A stretch of 13,341 bases of DNA. It comes from Coleofasciculus chthonoplastes F2-STO-03. GTDB lineage: Bacteria > Cyanobacteriota > Cyanobacteriia > Cyanobacteriales > Coleofasciculaceae. The DNA is taken from contig JAVJWO010000034.1 in assembly GCA_040222015.1 (NCBI GenBank), forward strand, positions 1 to 13,341, written 5' to 3'. Both the position numbers and the translations under genes were made by a program. Below the pieces are notes generated by a model that saw only the letters and a list, made by a program, of their open reading frames with translations, ran no database searches and had not been told where the DNA came from. Of this stretch, positions 6,305 through 13,341 are shown in pieces; position 1 is the stretch's first letter; each line of letters starts with the position of its first letter.

Positions 6305-7759
6305 TCATCTTTCCTGCTTCCCAACCAGCCAATAGTTGATCATTTCCCCTTTTCCCTTAACCGCGATCGCGCCCCGTTCTTCAAATATATACTGATCCTG
6401 CAAACGCTTTTTCGTCACCGCCGTCACTTGAATTTTTCCCGGAAGTCCAGATGATTCCATGCGAGACGCTACATTAACAGCATCTCCCCACAGATCATAA
6501 CTGAACTTTTTAATCCCAATGACACCAGCCACCACTAAACCTGTGTTAATCCCAATGCGAATTTGAAAGGGTTCTCCTTGTGGTGTTTTGAATTGTTGAA
6601 TGGCTTGTTGCATATCCAACGCCATGTTGGCAATTGCCTCAGCATGATGATCATTGGCTACAGGTAAACCCGCCACAGCCATATAAGCATCGCCAATAGT
6701 TTTGATTTTCTCAATCCCATGTTTTTCTGCTAATTTATCAAAAACCGAGAAAATATTATTTAATAGATTAAGCAGTTCTAAGGGAGACATTTGAGCCGAA
6801 AGATGGGTAAAACCGACAATATCAGCAAATAAGATCGTGGCTTCCGTAAATTGTTGGGCTAAACTTCCCTCAAACTTTTTTAATTGGTCAGCAATAAGCT
6901 TGGGTAAAATGTTGAGCAATAAGCGTTCTGACTTTTCTTGTTCTAAGCGTAGGGCTTGTTCCGCTTTTATCCGATCACTAATATCGGACTGGATGCCGAC
7001 AAAATGAGTCAATTTATTTCTATCATCATAAATGGGGGAAATAGTCAATTCATTCCAGAACGGTGTTCCGTCTTTCCGGTAATTGAGTAAGGTAACGGTG
7101 CAATTTTCTCCAGCTTTAATCGCCGCACGGAGTTGCTCAACGGCTGGCTGACTAGTATCTTTACCTTGCAAGAAACGACAATTATAACCTAGGACTTCAG
7201 CGTCAGAGTAACCTGTTATTTCCTCAAAGGCAGGATTAACATAGATAAGTGGCATATCTGGCAACCGGGCATCAGCAATGACAATGCCGACACTGCTGGC
7301 TGCGATCGCTTGATCGCGTAGCTTAACAGTTTCCTGAACTCCCTTGCGATATGCCTGACTCCCTCGCCAATTACTCTCAGTGACATCGTGGGCAATACCA
7401 TGGCTTACACTATTTTGATAGGCTCCCAAACGCCAAGACAGCCAACGATAGCTTCCATCTCGACAACGAAAGCGATTTTTAAGGCGGATTGGGGTTTTAT
7501 TATTCTGGAGAGTGTGACATTGATTCTCCATATCAAAGGTGAATGCCACATCATCAGGATGAACAAACTCTAACCAAGGGCGCGATCGCAGTTCATCTAA
7601 CGTCCAGCCTAGAGTCTTTTCCCAAACTGAGTTGAGTTCTCTAAAATACCCGTTACTGTCACGGATACACAACAAATCAGCAGAAAGATCGAAAAAGGCT
7701 TGGAGAGATGCTTCCCCATGGAATAGGTTTGGCTCATTCTCCTCACAAGAAGGATTCAT
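6305..7759 (-). CDS. PAS-LOV-class III adenylate cyclase (blue-light-activated, mPAC-like)
   Basis: N-terminal PAS (FVHPDD). LOV domain with GYNCRFLQG (Cys194) and NYRKDGT.FWN. Cyclase motifs ILFADIVGFT, KIKTIGDAYM and YDLWGDAVNVASRMES, with Lys/Asp ATP-specifying residues. Confidence 0.95.
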   Translation of the reverse strand: MNPSCEENEPNLFHGEASLQAFFDLSADLLCIRDSNGYFRELNSVWEKTLGWTLDELRSRPWLEFVHPDDVAFTFDMENQCHTLQNNKTPIRLKNRFRCRDGSYRWLSWRLGAYQNSVSHGIAHDVTESNWRGSQAYRKGVQETVKLRDQAIAASSVGIVIADARLPDMPLIYVNPAFEEITGYSDAEVLGYNCRFLQGKDTSQPAVEQLRAAIKAGENCTVTLLNYRKDGTPFWNELTISPIYDDRNKLTHFVGIQSDISDRIKAEQALRLEQEKSERLLLNILPKLIADQLKKFEGSLAQQFTEATILFADIVGFTHLSAQMSPLELLNLLNNIFSVFDKLAEKHGIEKIKTIGDAYMAVAGLPVANDHHAEAIANMALDMQQAIQQFKTPQGEPFQIRIGINTGLVVAGVIGIKKFSYDLWGDAVNVASRMESSGLPGKIQVTAVTKKRLQDQYIFEERGAIAVKGKGEMINYWLVGKQER

Positions 7760-7946
7760 TGGACATGTTCCAGGGAAGATTTACGGTCGGTTTTTGCACC
7801 CTCTATCAAAATTTTTTATGCAATTTCAATTATTACATTGACGTCATAAAGTGTAGAATCATATCATAGGTAGCGCTTTTTCAACATTTTGGCGAAAAAG
7901 ACGCTAGATATAGTGGATTTTTGGCGTTTAGCGTTTAGATGTTTGA

Positions 7947-8684
7947 TTAACGACTCAATGCGTCTAAAAAGCTCTGTAGTGTAGAGAGAAACCCTGCTTT
8001 TTTGGGGGCAGGCGCGTCTTCTGAGTCACCGCTACCTGTTACTTTAGCAATAATCAGTTCTACGGCATCTCCTACAGGTTTTTGCGGTTCTTCAGCAATA
8101 AGCTGATAGGCATTTTCCTTTTCCAACCAGATTTGCCATAGTCCCGGATAAACCCGAAGTAGAGCCGCCCCATCCCGAGGTTGGACGTAGTAACAAGAAG
8201 TTAGGGTACTGAGAAACCGTTCACGGAGTTGACGGGCGGCGTAGCCAATACCCACCACTTTCAGATCTTCAAGCTGAGGCGTGAGTAAGACACAGGGGCG
8301 ATCGCCTGCCAAATTGCAGAGTTTTTCCACTTGACTCACTTCCACCGCCGAAGGGGAAACAATCAAAAATGCCTCGTCCTCTGGCTGAATCCTACTTTCG
8401 ACAGGGGAGCGACTTGTGCCAATGTCTGTCACTTTAAACGGTGTTTCTCCCCAGTCTCGACGGGCAAGTGCCGCCGCCCCAGCATCAGGGAAGAGAACCT
8501 TTAGCCCCGAACCATACTGTTCAAAGATCGGGGTAAATTGCCATGCAATGGATTGGGCTTGCAGGGCAATCTCTGGAAAAACTAACTCGACTTGCAGGCG
8601 AGTGTATCCATCCCTGAGGGCGGCTTGTGTCGCTTCGCGAGCTTGAGCGATCGCTTCGTCTAATGTTTGAGGAAGTTCAGCCAT
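7947..8684 (-). CDS. DUF1995 family protein
   Basis: LP.TL.EA..QA..A...AL.DG..R.QVE..FPE, FPDAGAAALA and VGIGYAARQLRERFLS, typical of cyanobacterial/plastid DUF1995 proteins. Confidence 0.88.
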   Translation of the reverse strand: MAELPQTLDEAIAQAREATQAALRDGYTRLQVELVFPEIALQAQSIAWQFTPIFEQYGSGLKVLFPDAGAAALARRDWGETPFKVTDIGTSRSPVESRIQPEDEAFLIVSPSAVEVSQVEKLCNLAGDRPCVLLTPQLEDLKVVGIGYAARQLRERFLSTLTSCYYVQPRDGAALLRVYPGLWQIWLEKENAYQLIAEEPQKPVGDAVELIIAKVTGSGDSEDAPAPKKAGFLSTLQSFLDALSR

Positions 8685-8686
8685 CG

Positions 8687-8720
8687 GTCATTTGTCCTTT
8701 GTCCTTTGTCCTTTATCCTT
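8687..8720. repeat. Degenerate STRR heptamer repeat (GTCCTTT/GTCATTT), about 5 units
   Basis: GTCATTT GTCCTTT GTCCTTT GTCCTTT ATCCTT immediately upstream of the DUF1995 start codon. Confidence 0.85.
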
Positions 8721-8876
8721 GATTTTTTGTTCGTCGTGTCCTTTCAATTGTAACGAACTATGAATCACAAGCGCGAACAGGGAGTCGTTTTGAATTTTGA
8801 GTTTTGATCGCCCCCGCTCCGACCAATGTGTAAGACTTGTAGCGATTAGGTCTGAAGCGTGATTGCACCAAGGCAT

Positions 8877-8912
8877 AAAAAGCCAGCGCTCTCCCGTGAG
8901 GGGAGCGTCTGG
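8877..8912 (-). terminator. Probable intrinsic terminator of the glycosyltransferase gene
   Basis: Minus strand CCAG-A-CGCTC-CCC-TCAC-GGG-A-GAGCG-CTGG followed by CTTTTT, about 70 nt after the stop codon. Confidence 0.6.
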
Positions 8913-8979
8913 TACATCATTGATGAATCCCCTTTAGAATGCAGGGGATTCGGAAGAGTAATTGTCAGCGCTGAGTCGT

Positions 8980-10248
8980 TTACGCGCTGGCTTGTTCCAA
9001 CACCTGGGAGGAGTTTCGGACTAACTGGAGATAAAGATCACTGAGTTGATGCGCCACACCATCCCAGCTAAACTTTTCCTCCACCCGCCGTCTTGCCCTT
9101 TGACCCAATTGATTGCGCCAGTCGGGGTGAGATAGAATGCGGTCTATTGCCTCAGCAAAAGCCACCTCATCTTTAGGCGACGCCAGTAATCCGGTTTCTT
9201 CGGGTACGACAGTAAATTGCAACCCACCGACATCACTGGCAATAACTGGTGTACTACAAGCCATGGCTTCAATTGCCACCAGACCAAAGGGTTCATAGTG
9301 ACTGGGAACCACACAGACATCAGCAGCCGTATAGTAAACCGATAGAAGTTCATCGCTAATGCGTCCGGTAAATGTGGTAATATCCCTCATCCCCAGTTCA
9401 TCAACGATCGCCTCAATCCGTTCTCGCTCAATCCCATCACTTTGACCGGGACGAGATCCCCCACCAATAATCAGTTTCACTTGGGGATCATGGCGTATCT
9501 GAGAGCAACCCACCGCGCGAACCAGAGTTTCTATGCCTTTACGCGGATCAAAGCGTCCCACATAAAAGATGATTTTGTCATCAGGATGGAATCCTAATTG
9601 TTGTCTTGCTTGAGTGCGGTCAATCGCCCCAAAGCGTTGAATGTCTGTGCCACAGGGAATGATCTGAATATGACCCTTACTCGAAACCAGCGATCGTATA
9701 TGGTCTTTTTCCTGGGGAGATGTAGCCACAGTGCGATCGGCTGTCTCTAACACCGCTTTTTCCACCTCCAATCGAGTACCAGCAATCATCGGAATTGCTT
9801 CTACTGATTGATACTTAACCGCACCTAGAGAATGGTAAGTATGAACTTGGGGAATCGATTGCCGTTTTTTCCACTGCATCCCCACCCAAGCGGAAAGCCA
9901 ATAGTTAGTATGCACCAGGGAATACCGAACACCTTCCCACTCCTGAAACCTCAGCAAATTATCTAAGAACTCGCCGGTATAGCCAAAGATCTTATCCCGT
10001 GGGACAAATGCCTCTGGACCGGCTTTCAAACGAATAGTCCGACAACGTGGACTATGTTCTACGATGACAGGATCATCAGCATTGGCTTTTCGGGTAAACA
10101 TATCTACATGCCATCCCAGATTGGCAAGGGCTTCACCCAGATGGCGCACGTAAACATTCTGTCCACCCGCTTCTTCTTTACCAATTTCCACAGCGGGATC
10201 GCCATGAACTGAGATGAGAGCAATATGCTGTCTACGTTTACTGTTCAT
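8980..10248 (-). CDS. sps: GT4 glycosyltransferase, sucrose-phosphate synthase-like (glucosyltransferase-domain-only type)
   Basis: IALISVHGDPA.EIGKEEAGGQNVYV, HTNYWLS, HTYHSLG, YVGRFDPRKG and YEPFGLVAIEAMAC, the signature of minimal SPS enzymes of filamentous cyanobacteria. GAGGA Shine-Dalgarno at 10261-10265. Confidence 0.8.
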   Translation of the reverse strand: MNSKRRQHIALISVHGDPAVEIGKEEAGGQNVYVRHLGEALANLGWHVDMFTRKANADDPVIVEHSPRCRTIRLKAGPEAFVPRDKIFGYTGEFLDNLLRFQEWEGVRYSLVHTNYWLSAWVGMQWKKRQSIPQVHTYHSLGAVKYQSVEAIPMIAGTRLEVEKAVLETADRTVATSPQEKDHIRSLVSSKGHIQIIPCGTDIQRFGAIDRTQARQQLGFHPDDKIIFYVGRFDPRKGIETLVRAVGCSQIRHDPQVKLIIGGGSRPGQSDGIERERIEAIVDELGMRDITTFTGRISDELLSVYYTAADVCVVPSHYEPFGLVAIEAMACSTPVIASDVGGLQFTVVPEETGLLASPKDEVAFAEAIDRILSHPDWRNQLGQRARRRVEEKFSWDGVAHQLSDLYLQLVRNSSQVLEQASA

Positions 10249-10967
10249 AAGTTGGTCTAATCCTCGATTTCAACAAGGGTTAAGCTTAATTAAGCGTTTG
10301 ATTTTTGTGCGGCTTTTCCCTCCGCTCAGGTTTTTGGTTGAGAAAACCTTAAACGCTGAAGGCTTTGTCCGCATCAGACTACAGGATGGTAAATGCTGTG
10401 AACCCTTAACTTGCGATAAACAAAGGGTGAACTAACCCTATCAGTGGGAATATTTGTACCACGTTTCCCTCCCTTTTACTTTTCCCAGAAATAATTAAGT
10501 AACTGAAACGACCTAGGTTCAGGCTGGTAATTCCCAACTATAGAGCTTGAGAAAGGATTTCCGCTTTTAGGACATGGACGGCTTCACCAGACTACACCAA
10601 ATTTCATAGGAAACCTCATCGTTGTTGTATACAGCTTAAAGGGTGTAGACGTAGCAATAGATGATCAAAAGAGCTGAGTTGTACTCATTTGAAAAGAGTA
10701 TAGCTTTTAGAGTTAAAAGTTGCAATATGTAACAAAATATTTAGTTGTGTGAAGATATCACCAAAGGCAGTCCGCAGTTGATCCCAAGAGGCAACAGGGA
10801 ACAGTAAAGAATGTCCTAACCTGCCTTGGTCGCTGCTATATGTACTCGATTTAACCGCACGCCACTTGATCGGGTGAGGTTGATGATTAGAGCCTGATTC
10901 ACAGGTAATTTCGAGATATTTCCGGAAAAATACCTCAGATTTATTTTTTCGGAAGACAAAAACTTAG

Positions 10968-11163
10968 GCGGGTTTGAATGCGAGCGCGATTTCAACGCCT
11001 CCATTAATTTGGAAATAGCCGCCAGTTAGGTGGGGGAGAGCCTGTGGACTGGTTGACCCTGAGCGCAGCCGAAGGGTGAGTGCCGACACTACCAGAATGA
11101 AGCAGGAAGTAAACAGCGGATTTTACCGGATATTGGTAGATTTGTGTAAGTTTTACGTAACGG
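10968..11163 (+). mobile_element. tnpB: Remnant of a TnpB-encoding IS (IS607-like): tnpB 3' tip plus right end / putative omegaRNA scaffold
   Basis: 10970-11029 translates GFECERDFNASINLEIAAS*, matching the TnpB C-terminal CG...DRD.NA..N motif. It is followed by GCCTGTGGA...GAAGCAGGAAG, several hairpins and a terminal ...GTAAGTTTTACGTAACGG. Confidence 0.75.
11057..11076. repeat. 20-nt short dispersed repeat insertion CCCTGAGCGCAGCCGAAGGG
   Basis: CCCT/AGGG inverted ends flanked by direct TGA (11054-11056 and 11077-11079). Removing it restores a compact hairpin. Confidence 0.65.
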
Positions 11164-11180
11164 AATTTGCATCCACCCAC

Positions 11181-11211
11181 TAGACAAAAATGGGTTGTAA
11201 TCTGCTATGAT
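11181..11211 (+). promoter_or_regulatory. Putative sigma70 promoter of the tRNA gene
   Basis: Extended -10 TG-C-TATGAT (11203-11211) 16 nt before the tRNA. Possible -35 TAGACA (11181-11186) at a 19-bp spacing. Confidence 0.55.
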
Positions 11212-11227
11212 AGTCAAGCACCGCCTT

Positions 11228-11316
11228 GGAGAGGTGGCTGAGTGGTCGAAAGCGGCAGATTGCTAATCTGTTGAAGTGTTTAGGCGCTTCCGAGGGTTCG
11301 AATCCCTCCCTCTCCG
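11228..11316 (+). tRNA. trnS: tRNA-Ser(GCT)
   Basis: Acceptor stem GGAGAGG/CCTCTCC, anticodon arm GCAGA-TTGCTAA-TCTGT (GCT at 11262-11264), long variable arm, GGTTCGAATCC T-arm, discriminator G. CCA is not encoded. Confidence 0.97.
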
Positions 11317-11469
11317 TTTAATCAACTCCTCAGACGGAACCAAGCCATTGGCTTCACCCCCTTTCCACAAGGACGCTCCTGCTGTAATCCACGATTCAGC
11401 GGTTTGTGATCATCGAACGCTCAAAGTCTTGTCTTTCGTCATGATGTAACAGTTATTGTGCTGTTTCCT

Positions 11470-11502
11470 ACAAATGACAAATGACTAATGACTAATGACT
11501 AA
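11470..11502. repeat. STRR heptamer repeat AATGAC(A/T), about 4.5 units
   Basis: ACA AATGACA AATGACT AATGACT AATGACT AA, overlapping the menF stop codon. Confidence 0.9.
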
Positions 11503-12950
11503 AGTAAGGCTTTGAGTAATGCCTGAAGCTTGAGTTGGATTTCTGCCAATTCTTTGTCGGGGTCAGAACCCGCCACAATTCCCGCTCCGGCGTAGAGTCT
11601 AGCCCGGTAAGTGTTGTCATGATTTAGAGAAGATGGGTTGCTGTCGATTAATGCTGAACGAATACCGACAATGAATTCGCAATTGCCTTGATAGTCGATC
11701 CAACCTAACGGGGCTGCATAGAGGGAACGGTCAAAGGTTTCGTAACGGCGGATTTGTGCTTGAGCAATCTGGGTAGGAACACCGGCTACAGCAGGGGTAG
11801 GATGAAGCTGGGCAACAATGTCTAGGGGATGGACATTGGTAAACAGTTGTGCTTGGATTGGTGTCCACAGATGCTGAATGTTGGAAAGTTTAAGCAGTTG
11901 GGGCGCAGGTAAGCATTGGGGGATAAGTCCCAACTCAGATAGGCGTTGAGTGATAAAATCCAGGACAAATTGGTGTTCCCGTTGCTCTTTTTCAGAACCC
12001 AGCAAGCGATCGCCAAACTCAGCATCTTCAGTGGCTGTCCTTCCACGCGGCGCTGAACCAGCTAAGGCATCCGTTACCAAGAGATGGTCACGAATACTAA
12101 TTAACCGTTCAGGACTCGCACCGAGAAAGTTCTGTCCTTTACCATTGCTGGCACAAAAAATATAGCAATCTGGATGGCGTTGGCGCAGATTATCCAGGGA
12201 GTGGACGAGGTTAAAGGGCTGGCGGGAAAAAATATCAATGGCATTAGCCAGAACAATTTTATTAAATTCATTTGCCTGGATAAAATTTAAGGCGGCGACC
12301 ACGGCGGACTTAAAGGCTTGAGTATTTATGGATTTGGGCTGGATAAATGGAGAACAATTAATCCGAGTCAGCGAACTGGGTTTATGTTCTGAAAATTTAA
12401 TTTCAGCAATTTGATTATATAGATCTTGCAAGAGTCGTTTAATGTTGACGTGAGGATCAACTTGAACATTCGCCACTACTGTACCGCTATTACCCCGAAA
12501 CGCCACTTGCCAACGGGGAAGAAAAATGGTAGCGGCTCGAAAGGGGGACTCTTGATTTAAAGCAAAAAATGTAAAAAAGCAAAAAAAGTGCGGTCCGGAA
12601 AAAGAGATAGTTTGATTTCGTTGAACCCAAATCCAAGTGTCTTTTAGATAATTATGAATGACAGTCTTAGCGTGTTGGAATCGATTGATTCCTTCAAGTT
12701 CAGCATAGATAGTCGCATCAATAGCCAGAATCGCTTCATTTTCCTTTCTTTTTTCTAAGTAAAACTGGAATGACTGAGTTCCACCAAGAATCTGGAGTAC
12801 CGCCAGTGGATCAACCCTGGGAATTTGCACAGAAATACTGGCAATTTGAGTGCAGCCTTTCTCAAGAGATGCCTGCTGACAAGCGACAAGGAACTCGTAT
12901 AGCTCCTTGTGGTCTGGCAAGCGATCAGTATGAGATGATAAATACGCCAT
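11499..12950 (-). CDS. menF: Isochorismate synthase
   Basis: KIVLA, FLGASPERL, ALAGS..RG, KEQREH, QHL.T.I, LHPTPAVAG, LYAAPLGW, VGIRSA and YAGAGIV.GS. The start at MAYLSS (12950) is preferred over the longest-ORF start at 13067. Confidence 0.93.
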   Translation of the reverse strand: MAYLSSHTDRLPDHKELYEFLVACQQASLEKGCTQIASISVQIPRVDPLAVLQILGGTQSFQFYLEKRKENEAILAIDATIYAELEGINRFQHAKTVIHNYLKDTWIWVQRNQTISFSGPHFFCFFTFFALNQESPFRAATIFLPRWQVAFRGNSGTVVANVQVDPHVNIKRLLQDLYNQIAEIKFSEHKPSSLTRINCSPFIQPKSINTQAFKSAVVAALNFIQANEFNKIVLANAIDIFSRQPFNLVHSLDNLRQRHPDCYIFCASNGKGQNFLGASPERLISIRDHLLVTDALAGSAPRGRTATEDAEFGDRLLGSEKEQREHQFVLDFITQRLSELGLIPQCLPAPQLLKLSNIQHLWTPIQAQLFTNVHPLDIVAQLHPTPAVAGVPTQIAQAQIRRYETFDRSLYAAPLGWIDYQGNCEFIVGIRSALIDSNPSSLNHDNTYRARLYAGAGIVAGSDPDKELAEIQLKLQALLKALL

Positions 12951-13217
12951 GTACAAGAGGATTGCAGATTTTGGGTGATCCAGGCAAGACAGTTTCCCCA
13001 GATGTCGGCTACACGACTCAACGTCTGCCTTTCTATCTACCATTGCATATTTTGCACAGTCAGCCATAAGGGAGTTAATCCAGTTGACTGAATCCCCCGC
13101 TATATAGGTAAATGAGCCATCCCCAGGATGTCTATCCCGAACCTGACCAGTTTAAACCCGAACGCTTTATGCATCAGCAGTTTTCCCCTTATGAGTATTT
13201 CCGCTCGTAAATGTCTA

Positions 13218-13256
13218 CCCACAACTACCCAAAACTAAGCATTTTGGGTAGGTGGG
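13218..13256. other. Stem-loop in the region upstream of menF
   Basis: CTACCCAAAA-N7-TTTTGGGTAG perfect 10-bp stem (13225-13251), extended by CCCAC/GTGGG after a 2-nt bulge. Confidence 0.6.
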
Positions 13257-13341
13257 GTGAGCGTGCAGACTCAGCCGTAAAAAAGAGTAACCTACCATCT
13301 GGCAAGGTTGGCTACGCTTTTTTGGTCATGACACCCAAGAA

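Larger units (their letters stand above)
1228..12013. repeat. HIP1 octamers (GCGATCGC), dispersed
   Basis: Sites starting at 1228, 3077, 3152, 3629, 4553, 5662, 6067, 6363, 7302, 7582, 8298, 8647 and 12006. Confidence 0.95.

Noticed and set aside
8688..8876. 62-aa ORF ending KIKDKGQRTKDK
   Set aside because: The C-terminus is just translated heptamer repeat.
10293..10357. glnA (glutamine) riboswitch
   Set aside because: The three-way shape with CGTT/AACG closure is superficially similar, but the conserved junction nucleotides (GGAAGTA, GAAG) are absent.
10214..10435. 73-aa plus-strand ORF
   Set aside because: It is antisense to the sps start and leader, with no recognisable features.
10816..11004. 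62-aa minus-strand ORF
   Set aside because: No recognisable motif, and its start lies antisense within the tnpB remnant.
11228..11470. Integrative element or prophage att site at tRNA-Ser
   Set aside because: No integrase and no duplicated tRNA 3' end in the window. menF follows directly.
12951..13067. 39-aa N-terminal extension of MenF
   Set aside because: It does not look like family sequence. MAYLSS...KELYEFL resembles the usual cyanobacterial N-terminus.

Overview
Cyanobacterial chromosomal window. It has at least 13 HIP1 GCGATCGC octamers, heptamer STRR repeats and GTAG-ended REP-like elements, and its gene set is consistent with Coleofasciculus/Microcoleus-type filamentous cyanobacteria. 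Genes in order: a stand-alone SufS-type cysteine desulfurase with a variant catalytic loop (RAGQYC), a DUF2157 + GDYXXLXY membrane pair, a FluG-N-like amidohydrolase divergent from a GNAT acetyltransferase, a PAS-LOV-adenylate cyclase (mPAC-like blue-light-activated cyclase), a DUF1995 protein, a GT4 sucrose-phosphate synthase-like gene, tRNA-Ser(GCT) and isochorismate synthase (menF). Intergenic DNA is dense in small mobile and repeat elements. The most notable feature missing from the ORF track is at 10968-11163: an orphan 3' tip of tnpB plus an IS607-like right end (candidate omegaRNA scaffold). It carries a 20-nt insertion flanked by TGA repeats, and its predicted guide would be the sequence just upstream of the tRNA promoter.
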